Origin: an uncultured Alphaproteobacteria bacterium
GTDB taxonomy: Bacteria; Pseudomonadota; Alphaproteobacteria; Rs-D84
Length of the DNA: 64,000 nucleotides
NCBI GenBank assembly: GCA_947054455.1
Contig: CAMRWN010000001.1
Span: 74,966 to 138,965, forward strand
Reading direction: 5' to 3'
The position numbers and the translations under genes were made by a program. Every line of letters begins with the position of its first letter. Position 1 is the first letter of the stretch. Of the stretch, positions 36,296 through 45,343 are shown one piece after another. The notes under the pieces are model-generated. The model ran no database searches. It had not been told where the DNA came from and worked only from the letters and a program-made list of their open reading frames with translations.

Positions 36296-36913
36296 ATGAC
36301 AAAAGATAGTTTTTACCAAGGGATCAAACAGATAGAACTACATAAATTTTATCATGGTTCCGCAACAAAAATCAAAGGCGATTTTTTACAACCCAGAGAA
36401 CAATTTAATAGCATTCAAAACGAACGTGTAGTCGGAGCATTTGTCACATCCGACATAAAGCACGCTAAGTTTTTTGCGATTTGGAAATGTTTAACTGGTG
36501 GTGGCCAAACACAACAAGATGTAAAAAAAGGGACAAAAAGAATTTTTTTTGAAAAATTGTCTGATAATATAAAACCAGAGTTCAATTTGTATACAGTATA
36601 CGAAGCGCCCGACACAAAATTTATTCACGACAAAGGCACAGAATATTATTCGCCTGCACCAATAAAAATCTCAGAACACCAAATATGCAATACTGTTGAA
36701 GAAATAGAAAAATTAGGATATGAAATTTATGTATTAAACGAACCATTAAAAAACAAACCCGACAAACAAACTAATAACAATCAAGCTGTCCAATCTGAAA
36801 TGCATCAAGCAATTGAAAATGGAGCGTATCATCGTGTTGATATTGCAAACTTAATTGAACAACAGAAATCAAAAAACATATTTTATAAACTATTTAATTG
36901 GCAAAAAGATTAA
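36296..36913 (+). CDS. Hypothetical protein (205 aa), island-encoded, with no signal peptide
   Basis: An AT-rich ORF preceded by a TGGTATAAT extended -10 at ~36245. A terminator hairpin (aaaccgcc-aatct-gggcggttt) lies at ~36952-36975. Confidence 0.5.
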   Translation: MTKDSFYQGIKQIELHKFYHGSATKIKGDFLQPREQFNSIQNERVVGAFVTSDIKHAKFFAIWKCLTGGGQTQQDVKKGTKRIFFEKLSDNIKPEFNLYTVYEAPDTKFIHDKGTEYYSPAPIKISEHQICNTVEEIEKLGYEIYVLNEPLKNKPDKQTNNNQAVQSEMHQAIENGAYHRVDIANLIEQQKSKNIFYKLFNWQKD

Positions 36914-37098
36914 ACTGTTCGCATCACGCTGACAGACCACAACCAAGATAAACAAAACCGCCAATCTGGGCGGTTTAATATTGGTATTGGGCCACGGGTT
37001 CGCAATCGCGACAAATGTCGCCGGTTCGACTATGAGTTGGCGTTTGGCGCATGAGCGCGGCGAACGCCATACGAATGCCCCGCAGGCGCAAATGGGTA

Positions 37099-37701
37099 CT
37101 AAAGCTCCCGCTGGCGATTGCGACGTATTGTTTCCTTTATTTCCGCGCGGCGGATTTGCACGCTGTATATCAAATCCAATACATGCCGCCCATGACAGCG
37201 ACGCCCCAGAACACGGCTGTAATATCTCCGGGACAAAACAGGCGCATCATTGCTGCCCAAAACCTGGTATGCGGCCGCATCCAAAGACGATGCAAATGTT
37301 CCTTCATCCATATTAATTTCGTAAACAAAGTCCGGACTTAAAACAGCACGCGACGCAACCGCGGTCGTATCCGCACGCATGCCGGCGTCTTTTTTGCGCA
37401 TGCGCTGTTCCAATTTTTTATTTTTCGCAACCAATTCATTGTACAACGCGTTCAGCCGCACCGTGTCATGCGCCAGCATTCCTATCAGCGACGCGTCCGC
37501 AACAGGACAATGAGACGTATCACGCATATGGCGCGCGGCATAGTTATAGTGCAGCCATACCGGCCCCATATAGGCCACAAATTTATGGACTGGTTCCTCT
37601 TCCCAGACCTGGATATAAATTCTTTGGCTGCATGCGGTCGCCATCAGTGTCATCGACGCCAAGGATGCCTTTAGAACCGCATTTTTTATCTTGTTTTCCA
37701 T
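37099..37701 (-). CDS. Hypothetical lipoprotein (200 aa)
   Basis: The N-terminal signal ends in the lipobox LMATAC. No family recognised. Confidence 0.5.
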   Translation of the reverse strand: MENKIKNAVLKASLASMTLMATACSQRIYIQVWEEEPVHKFVAYMGPVWLHYNYAARHMRDTSHCPVADASLIGMLAHDTVRLNALYNELVAKNKKLEQRMRKKDAGMRADTTAVASRAVLSPDFVYEINMDEGTFASSLDAAAYQVLGSNDAPVLSRRYYSRVLGRRCHGRHVLDLIYSVQIRRAEIKETIRRNRQREL

Positions 37702-37837
37702 TTGTTTAAATTCCGGATATGCATAATTTCATAGTTATTCCTGTAAACATAACCACAAATCAGCAAAAATGCAATATGACGATTTTAAAAAAAATTTGAT
37801 GACAAAAATCAAAACAATGTTATTATAGGGTACGTCC

Positions 37838-37912
37838 GCTCCCATCGTCTAGCGGTTAGGACATCAGATTCTCATTCTGACGACACGGGTTCGAGTCCCG
37901 TTGGGAGTGCCA
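37838..37912 (+). tRNA. trnE: tRNA-Glu (anticodon CUC)
   Basis: The sequence is GCTCCCATCGTCTAGCGGTTAGGACATCAGATTCTCATTCTGACGACACGGGTTCGAGTCCCGTTGGGAGTGCCA. It folds as a cloverleaf with anticodon loop TTCTCAT (CTC), a GGTTCGAGTCC T-arm, a G1-U72 wobble in the acceptor stem and a 3' CCA. A terminator hairpin follows (gcccc-aaa-gggc, T-run). Confidence 0.75.
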
Positions 37913-37965
37913 AGATAAAAAAATTGCCCCAAAGGGCATTTTTTTTACGCCAAACTACCCACTAA

Positions 37966-38700
37966 TCAATTTTTATCCCCGTAATACAGACGCTTGTATT
38001 CACGGTGCACGACGTTCATCAGTTCGCGGCGGGGCGTGCGCTGTTCGGCGGAAAAGACGTATGAAAAATCGCCGTACATATTGTCTTCCCAATCTATAAA
38101 GGTGGTGATTTCCATTGTTTCTGGATTCACCAAAAAATTGTCGCATATATCACCCTGGAACCATCCGTACATAAATCCGGGCGCACCCGCGTCGGCCGGT
38201 TTCAAATCGCGCAATTGGGCCGGATCCCGACGCGCGATTTCATGGATAAAAACCGCAATCTGACGCGCCAGCGTATCAATATTGGCCAACACATCTTCGG
38301 TCGACAACTGACGCAGCGTGCATCCGCGAATAAATTCATACTTGCGAACAATGTGTCCGTCATAGTCCAGCAGCTCCACCCCCGGTATCGGTATTGGCGA
38401 GACGGCATGAAACACATCGACAACACGCTTTTCACGCAGCGCAAGTTCGCGCGAATTGTCCCGGCGCAGCGGAAACTTGTATATATATTCGTCGTTAACG
38501 CCTATAATCAGATTGCGCGTCTGCTGACCGACGAACATCTTGACCCGGCGCAGCGGCTGCTTCAAATCTTTTTTAATAAACTTTATATGCCGTATTGTCG
38601 GCGAATTCAATACCGCACGCAGCGTTTTGCGCCGATGCTTGTTATAAACCAGCGCACAAATAATATTCGTAAAAAAACGCCTGATTTTTGAGCTTTCCAT
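37966..38700 (-). CDS. Phosphotransferase/kinase-like protein (aminoglycoside phosphotransferase/choline kinase fold)
   Basis: A 244-aa ORF with a Brenner-like motif (QGDICDNFLV) and a downstream IDWED motif resembling the APH catalytic and Mg-binding loops. Confidence 0.5.
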   Translation of the reverse strand: MESSKIRRFFTNIICALVYNKHRRKTLRAVLNSPTIRHIKFIKKDLKQPLRRVKMFVGQQTRNLIIGVNDEYIYKFPLRRDNSRELALREKRVVDVFHAVSPIPIPGVELLDYDGHIVRKYEFIRGCTLRQLSTEDVLANIDTLARQIAVFIHEIARRDPAQLRDLKPADAGAPGFMYGWFQGDICDNFLVNPETMEITTFIDWEDNMYGDFSYVFSAEQRTPRRELMNVVHREYKRLYYGDKN

Positions 38701-38718
38701 TATGCATCCACCGCGCGG

Positions 38719-39096
38719 TTATGATACCGACAATATTTCGCGCGCCTTGCGCAGCATCGAAAGCGCCAATTCTATTTCCGCCCGCGCCGGCGCCGCATCA
38801 CACTGCGCCGCCACAGGCGTGTCGGCCGGCGCCTGAATTTCATCAACGGATTTTGGCAATGTGCCGTCGCGCAGCAATTTCTTGACGCCCGCGATTGTCA
38901 TTCCGCGCGTATACAGCAAGTCCTTGATGACGGCCAGTCGCGACACGGTTTCCGCACGATAATAACGGCGGCCACCCGCGCCTGTTGTCGGCTTTATCAC
39001 GACGGGAAACTGCTTTTCCCAATAGCGCAGGGTATGCGCCGGCACGGACAGACGTTTTGAAACCTCGTTAATGGATGCAAAGTATTCGTTATCCAT
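38719..39096 (-). CDS. MerR-family transcriptional regulator
   Basis: It has the N-terminal HTH (SINEVSKRLSVPAHTLRYWEKQF) and the MerR signature RRYYRAETV. Confidence 0.8.
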   Translation of the reverse strand: MDNEYFASINEVSKRLSVPAHTLRYWEKQFPVVIKPTTGAGGRRYYRAETVSRLAVIKDLLYTRGMTIAGVKKLLRDGTLPKSVDEIQAPADTPVAAQCDAAPARAEIELALSMLRKAREILSVS

Positions 39097-39108
39097 GCCG
39101 GCCCCCGT

Positions 39109-41862
39109 TTATTGTTGCGCGTCCGTACCGGCATCAGTGTCGATGACGGCTTCTTCTTCGGCGCTGTCGTCTTTTTCAATCGAAATGGCAGAGACAACCT
39201 TTTCGTTTTCCGCCGTGCGGAACAGCGTCACACCCGCCGTCGCGCGGCCCGCGATGCGAACATCGGACACCGGCGTGCGAATTATCTTCCCGCCGTCAGT
39301 TACCATTATTATGTCATGGTCGTCGGATACCGGGAACGAACCGGCGACAGCCGTGTTCTTGCCACCCAGTTTTATATTCGCAAACCCGCCGCCGCCGCGA
39401 TGCGTGATTCGATATTCATAGGAACTGGTGCGCTTGCCGAATCCGTTTTCCGAAATGGTCAGGATAAATTCTTCGGCCGCGGCCATTTCGGCCATCTTGG
39501 CGTCGTCCAGAATCATGTTTGTCGTCTCTTCATCGGCGTCGCCGGCATCTTCCTCTATTCCGGTGGCGGCGCGGCGTGCGGCACGCGACTGACGTATATA
39601 TGCGGCGCGGACGGCGGAATCAGCCTCGCCGTGGTTCAGCATGGCCATGCCGATGATGCGGTCGTCGGCCCCCAGTGTCATTCCGCGCACGCCGGTCGAA
39701 TTGCGGCCTGCGAACACGCGGATTTCCGGAACGGGGAATCTGATGCAGCGGCCGCGGTACGTCGCCAGAAATACATCCTGGTCTTCGGTACACGGCAGAA
39801 CTGAAATCAGGCTGTCGCCCTCGTCCAGTTTCATCGCGATTTTACCGTTGGCACGGATTGAATCAAAATCGGACATGCGGTTGCGGCGAACTGTTCCGGA
39901 CGCGGTTGCGAACATCAGGAAATGTTCCTTGCCGGATTCGCGCGCGCGTTGCACGTCCTCGTCGGCGACGGGCAGAATCGCGGTTATTGTCTCGCCGTTT
40001 TCCAACGGCAACAGATTGACCAACGGGCGCCCCTTGGCCGCGGCGGCCGCCTCTGGCAGCTTATAGGTCTTGAGTTTATAGCATATTCCCTTGGAACTGA
40101 AGAACAGCAGCGGTGTATGCGTGTTTGCGACAAACACCTGAACCACATAATCGTCGTCCTTGGTCGCCATGGCATTGCGTCCCTTGCCGCCGCGTTTTTG
40201 CGCACGGTAAGTATCCAGCGCCACGCGCTTGATATACCCGGTGTTCGACACGGTTATAACCATGTCCTCGCGGGCGATTAAATCTTCGATATCAATATCG
40301 ATTTCGGCATCGGATATGTCCGTGCGGCGCGGCTGGGCCCAGTTGTCGCGCACAGCCGTGGTTTCGTCGCGGATGATTTGGACAATGCGTTCATGACTGC
40401 CCAGAATTTCCAACAAATCCTTAATCTGCGCACCCAACCCGGTCAGGTCGTCGTGAATCTTGTCGCGTTCCAGCCCGGTCAAACGGTGCAGCTGCAGTTC
40501 CAGAATCGCGCGCGCCTGGTCTTCGGACATGCGGAACATTCCGTCCTTGTATTCGGTATTCGGGTCGTCAATCAGCTGAATATAATATTCAATGTCAGAC
40601 GCGGCCCATGTGCGCGCAACCAACGCGTTGCGTGCCGCCTCTGGATTTTCACTGGATTTTATCAGTTCTATAACCTCGTCCAGGTTGCCGACCGCCACCG
40701 ACAGCCCCAGCAAAGTATGCGCACGGTTGCGCGCCTTGTTCAGGTCGAATATCGTGCGACGGCGAATAACCTCTGTCCGGAATTCAACGAACGCGTCCAA
40801 AACACCGCGGATATTAAACAGCATCGGCCGGCCACGGTTCAGCGCCATCATATTAACCGGGAAATTCGTCTGCATTTCCGTGTATTGGAACAAATGGTTC
40901 AATACCACGTCCGCAATTGCGTCGCGCTTTAGTTCAATAACGATGCGCAATCCTTCCTTTGACGACTCGTCTCGGATTTCGGATATTCCTTCGATGCGCT
41001 TGTCCTTTATCAGTTCGGCGATTTTGATAATCATCTGCGCCTTGTTCACCTGATACGGTATTTCATCAACGATAATCGCCTGATGGTCGCGAAATTCCTC
41101 GATATGGGTCTTGGCGCGAACAATAATCGAACCGCGGCCTGTGGTGTGCGCCTTGTATGCGCCGGCGCGCCCCATTATGACCGCCCCCGTCGGGAAATCC
41201 GGCCCCGGGATAATCGTAAACAATTCGTCGTCGGTTATCTGCGCGTTGTCCAGCACGGCCAGGATGCCGTTGCAAACCTCGCCCAGGTTATAGGTCGGGA
41301 CGTTTGTCGCCATACCGACGGCAATACCGCTGCCGCCGTTGACCAGGAAATTCGGGAACTTGGTCGGCAAAACCACAGGTTCGGACAGCGTGCCGTCGAA
41401 ATTCGGCATCCAGTCAACGGTGTCCTTTTCCATATCGTCCATCAACGACGCCCCCAGTTTGGACAACCGCGCCTCTGTATAACGCATGGCGGCGGGTTTG
41501 TCGCCGTCGCGTGAACCGAAGTTTCCCTGCCCCTGAACCAGCATTTCGCCCATGGAAAAATCCTGGGCCATACGGGCCATCGCCTCGTATATAGAACTGT
41601 CGCCGTGCGGATGATACTTACCCATAACATCACCGACGATACGCGCGGATTTAACGGTCGCCTTGGTTGCGGGCGCCACGTCGTTCATGACGTAGAGAAT
41701 GCGGCGATGCACGGGCTTGCACCCGTCGCGCACATCGGGCAGCGCACGGTCAACGATAACCGACATCGCGTAATCCAAAAAGCTGGTCCGCATTTCGTGT
41801 TCCAGGGAAGACTGCGGAATTTTTATTTCGTTTGTTTCATTAACATTGTTGATTTCGGACAT
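39109..41862 (-). CDS. gyrA: DNA gyrase subunit A
   Basis: The GyrA N-terminus is present ([31 protein letters not shown]; active-site region ..AMRYTEARL..), with C-terminal beta-pinwheel repeats. The start is placed at MSEINNV (41862); the track ORF begins 20 codons upstream. Confidence 0.9.
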   Translation of the reverse strand: MSEINNVNETNEIKIPQSSLEHEMRTSFLDYAMSVIVDRALPDVRDGCKPVHRRILYVMNDVAPATKATVKSARIVGDVMGKYHPHGDSSIYEAMARMAQDFSMGEMLVQGQGNFGSRDGDKPAAMRYTEARLSKLGASLMDDMEKDTVDWMPNFDGTLSEPVVLPTKFPNFLVNGGSGIAVGMATNVPTYNLGEVCNGILAVLDNAQITDDELFTIIPGPDFPTGAVIMGRAGAYKAHTTGRGSIIVRAKTHIEEFRDHQAIIVDEIPYQVNKAQMIIKIAELIKDKRIEGISEIRDESSKEGLRIVIELKRDAIADVVLNHLFQYTEMQTNFPVNMMALNRGRPMLFNIRGVLDAFVEFRTEVIRRRTIFDLNKARNRAHTLLGLSVAVGNLDEVIELIKSSENPEAARNALVARTWAASDIEYYIQLIDDPNTEYKDGMFRMSEDQARAILELQLHRLTGLERDKIHDDLTGLGAQIKDLLEILGSHERIVQIIRDETTAVRDNWAQPRRTDISDAEIDIDIEDLIAREDMVITVSNTGYIKRVALDTYRAQKRGGKGRNAMATKDDDYVVQVFVANTHTPLLFFSSKGICYKLKTYKLPEAAAAAKGRPLVNLLPLENGETITAILPVADEDVQRARESGKEHFLMFATASGTVRRNRMSDFDSIRANGKIAMKLDEGDSLISVLPCTEDQDVFLATYRGRCIRFPVPEIRVFAGRNSTGVRGMTLGADDRIIGMAMLNHGEADSAVRAAYIRQSRAARRAATGIEEDAGDADEETTNMILDDAKMAEMAAAEEFILTISENGFGKRTSSYEYRITHRGGGGFANIKLGGKNTAVAGSFPVSDDHDIIMVTDGGKIIRTPVSDVRIAGRATAGVTLFRTAENEKVVSAISIEKDDSAEEEAVIDTDAGTDAQQ

Positions 41863-41944
41863 ACTTAACCTTTCCCTATTTTTAACATGCAAAATATAGC
41901 AAATATTTCGGCTTTTGGTCAAGAAATAAACCCCAAATTTTAGA

Positions 41945-41973
41945 TTGACAAAACCACGATTTGTGGTATTATT
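41945..41973 (+). promoter_or_regulatory. Near-consensus sigma70 promoter (TTGACA-N17-ATTATT/TATTAT)
   Basis: The sequence ttgaca-aaaccacgatttgtggt-attatt lies upstream of the small ORF at 42001. Its spacer contains a 5-bp inverted repeat (accac...gtggt). Confidence 0.5.
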
Positions 41974-42000
41974 ATTTTGTTTAAACCAAGGTATAAAAAC

Positions 42001-42186
42001 ATGAGTGTTATAAAGTCGGCAATTCAGGATAACCTGAAAAACGTGGAAGAAACAATATCTGACCCGAAAACAAACGGTCTGCAGCGTACCCAGCTGTATG
42101 GAATGCAGATGAACATGTTATGCATGCTGGCCATTACAGAGGCGGTTGAAAAAATAATCGCAAAATGCCGCGGCCGTCAAAAATAA
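42001..42186 (+). CDS. Hypothetical small protein (61 aa from MSVIK; 69 aa from the upstream Met)
   Basis: An ORF downstream of a strong promoter and upstream of rpmH. No family recognised. Confidence 0.35.
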   Translation: MSVIKSAIQDNLKNVEETISDPKTNGLQRTQLYGMQMNMLCMLAITEAVEKIIAKCRGRQK

Positions 42187-42358
42187 AGGCAAACAGCACA
42201 ATGAACATATTTTTACCGGCATACAGATTTTTTATAGCGATTTTTGTCTACTACCTGATGCTGGAGGCATTAAAAAAGCTTGGACTGATAAAATCCAAAT
42301 AAAAAGGTTGCTTTTTTATAAAACGTATGCTTAAATATGCGCACAAAAGGATTTAGTT

Positions 42359-42511
42359 ATGGCAACAAAACGTACTTATCAACCTTCTAAAACGCGCCGC
42401 GTGCGTACGCACGGGTTCCGTGAAAGAATGTCAACCAAGGGCGGACGCGAGGTTTTGAACCGTCGTCGCGCGTGCGGTCGCAAAAGATTGGCGGCAACTG
42501 CTGCAAATTAA
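42359..42511 (+). CDS. rpmH: 50S ribosomal protein L34 (50 aa, below the ORF-track cutoff)
   Basis: Manual translation gives [50 protein letters not shown], the canonical L34 sequence. An RBS AAAGGA lies 8 nt upstream. The terminator hairpin aaaatcccccgattgggggatttttatttt follows at 42511-42545. Confidence 0.9.
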   Translation: MATKRTYQPSKTRRVRTHGFRERMSTKGGREVLNRRRACGRKRLAATAAN

Positions 42512-42611
42512 AAAATCCCCCGATTGGGGGATTTTTATTTTTCCAAAAATCAATAAGTGCCGCCTTTACCCCGCAACAATTAACTGTTAAGGCATTGATT
42601 CCATGCAGTGG

Positions 42612-42624
42612 TTGTGATATAATC
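42612..42624 (+). promoter_or_regulatory. TTGTGATATAATC extended -10 promoter motif upstream of the secreted repeat-protein operon
   Basis: An exact TGTGATATAAT 11-mer, 56 nt upstream of the ATG at 42680. Confidence 0.5.
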
Positions 42625-42679
42625 AAACGTAAAAATTATATTCGCAATTTGGATTTTATGATAAGGGGGAAATTTTTCA

Positions 42680-42954
42680 TGAAGCATCGATTGCTGCCGA
42701 TAGTTTTTACGGCTCAATGCTTTATATTATCTATGCCGTCTTTTGGTGCCACACCAAACGAACAGGTGGCATCTGCGGCATATGTCGACAACCGCGTCAA
42801 CGAAATGGAAAGCCGCACCGTCAACAAGGACGAATTCAAAACATTTTCCGACGAACTGCCCAATCGCTTTGTCGACACCACCGAAAATCAGACAATTTCC
42901 GGTGTAAAAACTTATACGTCTTCCCCGATTGTTCCGACGCCGCCGCTGCCGTAA
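42680..42954 (+). CDS. Small secreted hypothetical protein (91 aa), first gene of a two-gene operon
   Basis: A strong RBS (AAGGGGGA) lies 7 nt before the ATG. It has a signal peptide (MKHRLLPIVFTAQCFILSMPSFGA). Its stop overlaps the next gene's start (TAATG). Confidence 0.6.
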
Positions 42955-44231
42955 TGATAAAACGTCTGCTGATTCTTTTTTGCATATTGTTCGCACCCGC
43001 CGCCCGGTCGGCGGAAATGGTCAGCGTCGAATACATTCACAACGCCATCGAACAACGCTGCGGCATCGTCGTGCCGTACAATCCCGCGCTGGGCAACAAG
43101 AAAGTCGCCGCAAATATGAAATATCTGCTGACGGCGATTGACCGGGCGAACGAAATACAAAACAACCGGGCCGTTTCACACTACGGCGACAATTCGACAT
43201 TTGCAACAATGGCGGCCGCCGACACGGTCGCGACAAATGACGCGATTGACCGCCTGATAAAGATGCCGTTTACCATCACCACAACGCCCGATACAACCGT
43301 GTTCAACTTTGACCTGTCCGCGCGCGGAACATTTGCGGTCAACTGGGGCGACGGCACGTTCCAAACAATCCAGCGCGATAATACAGAATTACAAACATAT
43401 TCCCACACATACGCCAAGGCCGGCAAATATAAAATCGGAATTGCCGGAACGGCAACAGGATATAGCATTGCGGACGACACCCCAAACACAACCGCGGCAA
43501 TACATTTTAGAAAGAACGAAAACATTGCGGAAATTCATGGCTCGGTTGGGGCAATATTCGGCACCATCGGCGATGGCACGATTGCCGGAAATCAACCGAA
43601 TTTTCGCAACACATTCCGCGAATGCCCCAACCTGACCAGCGAAATTCCCGCCGAATTGTTCGACGGCGTTCATGGCGCGCCCGTTCCATGGATGTTTGCC
43701 GGAACTTTTGAAGCCACGCCGTTTTCTGGTTCCATACCTGAAAATTTGTTTTCCGGCATACAGGGCAGTCCGATATTCGCAATGTTTAACAACACATTCA
43801 AAGAAAGTAAGATTTCCGGCACGATACCCGCAAAACTGTTCAGCGGGATACACGGCGCGCCCGCGCCCTATATGTTCGCCGGCACATTTTACTGGGTGGA
43901 AAACTTGACCGGTAGCATCCCCGCAGGCATGTTTGCCGGAATTCGTGGTGAACCTGCAATATATATGTATCACGGCTTGTTTGTTAATTGTTCCGGTCTG
44001 ACCGGCCAGATTCCCGAAAATTTGTTTGGCGACATTTCCGGCCCCGCCGCCGAATTCATGTTTCGTTATACATTCCAAAACTGCAGCGGTCTGACCGGGC
44101 CGTCGGCGCGTATCAACGGCAAATATCTGTATGAAATATGGCCCGACGCGCCCGCCAACGCAACCCAGTTATGCTATAAAAGCGTAACAGGCTTATCCGA
44201 TTATGCCACGATACCGGCGGCATGGAAATAA
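42954..44231 (+). CDS. Secreted protein with ~6 tandem ~31-aa LRR-like repeats of pattern MF.GTF...L(T/S)G.IP..LF.GI.G.P (DUF285/BspA-like character)
   Basis: It has a signal peptide (MIKRLLILFCILFAPAARSA). Six repeats cover aa ~215-400, for example MFAGTFEATPFSGSIPENLFSGIQGSPIFA, MFNNTFKESKISGTIPAKLFSGIHGAPAPY and MFAGTFYWVENLTGSIPAGMFAGIRGEPAIY. The ORF is translationally coupled to the upstream small gene. Confidence 0.7.
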   Translation: MIKRLLILFCILFAPAARSAEMVSVEYIHNAIEQRCGIVVPYNPALGNKKVAANMKYLLTAIDRANEIQNNRAVSHYGDNSTFATMAAADTVATNDAIDRLIKMPFTITTTPDTTVFNFDLSARGTFAVNWGDGTFQTIQRDNTELQTYSHTYAKAGKYKIGIAGTATGYSIADDTPNTTAAIHFRKNENIAEIHGSVGAIFGTIGDGTIAGNQPNFRNTFRECPNLTSEIPAELFDGVHGAPVPWMFAGTFEATPFSGSIPENLFSGIQGSPIFAMFNNTFKESKISGTIPAKLFSGIHGAPAPYMFAGTFYWVENLTGSIPAGMFAGIRGEPAIYMYHGLFVNCSGLTGQIPENLFGDISGPAAEFMFRYTFQNCSGLTGPSARINGKYLYEIWPDAPANATQLCYKSVTGLSDYATIPAAWK

Positions 44232-44255
44232 AAATCCCCGCGAACGCAGGGATTT

Positions 44256-44453
44256 TTATCTGATGCGCAGCGCATCCAAAATTCGCATAAAATCATGCAC
44301 GGCGACAATTTCCGCGCCGCGTTCAATTGCGCGATAACTCCGGGCCGGAATTCCGGACATAGATGCCGCATCATGCACGGTTATATTTCGCCGGCAACGC
44401 AGACCGCACAGCTCGCGCCCTAATTTTGTATAAAATATTTCTTCGTCCGTCAT
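44256..44453 (-). CDS. XRE-family HTH transcriptional regulator (65 aa)
   Basis: It has an HTH_XRE-like core (LRCRRNITVHDAASMSGIPARSYRAIERG). Confidence 0.55.
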   Translation of the reverse strand: MTDEEIFYTKLGRELCGLRCRRNITVHDAASMSGIPARSYRAIERGAEIVAVHDFMRILDALRIR

Positions 44454-44462
44454 ATGCGCCCC

Positions 44463-44813
44463 CTATTTTACCGACGCCAGGCGGTCAATCAACGCGCAGA
44501 CCATTGCGCGGTCGGATTCCCCCATCAGACACAGCCCCTCGATTGCGCGGCGCGTATCCGCATCGTATATGTCGCCACGGCGAAGCTCGGTAAACACACC
44601 GTCAAACGGCGCGTCCAGTATTTTCAAAATATTATAAAATCGCGAAACCGACATGCGGTTTGCGGCAACCTCGTACTTTTGCATTTGCTGAAAGGTTATT
44701 CCCAATTGCGCGGCCAATGCCTTTTGCGACAGGCCTTGCCTGCGCCGCAATATACTGACCAGTTGCCCGGCCTGAACATCAATGGCCGTCGGCGTGAATG
44801 GTTTTCCAGACAT
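44463..44813 (-). CDS. XRE-family HTH transcriptional regulator (116 aa)
   Basis: It has a canonical HTH_XRE (LRRRQGLSQKALAAQLGITFQQMQKYE). The RBS is GGGGGAG. Confidence 0.7.
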   Translation of the reverse strand: MSGKPFTPTAIDVQAGQLVSILRRRQGLSQKALAAQLGITFQQMQKYEVAANRMSVSRFYNILKILDAPFDGVFTELRRGDIYDADTRRAIEGLCLMGESDRAMVCALIDRLASVK

Positions 44814-45343
44814 TCATCTCCCCCCGTTGTCTTAAACAAAAAACCACCGGAAATTATTTCGAGGTGGTTGGAGGTAGAAAACAATAAACCAGAGTAATTG
44901 CCTGTCTTATTCAATATATTCGACAGCCCCCAACCATTCAGTTGAAGTATGTGCCTGCGCCTGCATCAGGCGCATCTGGTTTAGAGGTTTTCCAGCCTCA
45001 CATTCGCAATGGGTGTACGAATTATGCAATTACATTATATCCCATCGGGCGCAAAATTCAACCGATAAAAATATAATGCCCGCCGTCAAAGACAAAGCGG
45101 GACTGGAGCTAGTAATAGCACAATACCATGCCAGTGATTTATTGATTATTCATCACCATCCAGTCCCATTGGACTGGCATTTAACGCATGCAGGCGGGTA
45201 TTGTGCGGGATTACTAGTCCCGCATAATGGATTCCCATTACAGGTGATATTATATCCTATATCATATGAAATTTCAAATAAAAAACATAATCCAATTGAC
45301 AGAGGCAAATAAAAATCCCCGCATTCGCGGGGCACAGGAGTAT

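Noticed and set aside
45013-45312. 99-aa ORF in the 44.8-45.3 kb AT-rich gap
   Set aside because: It has no RBS, odd composition (His/Leu-rich) and overlaps the inverted-repeat structures. The region was treated as noncoding instead.
44814-45343. tmRNA (including the two-piece alpha type), RNase P RNA, SRP RNA or 6S RNA in the large noncoding gap
   Set aside because: No GGTTCGAnTCC tRNA-like T-arm was seen. There is no AGGAAAGTCCGG (RNase P) or SRP domain IV motif, and no plausible tag-peptide reading frame. It is retained only as an unclassified structured region.
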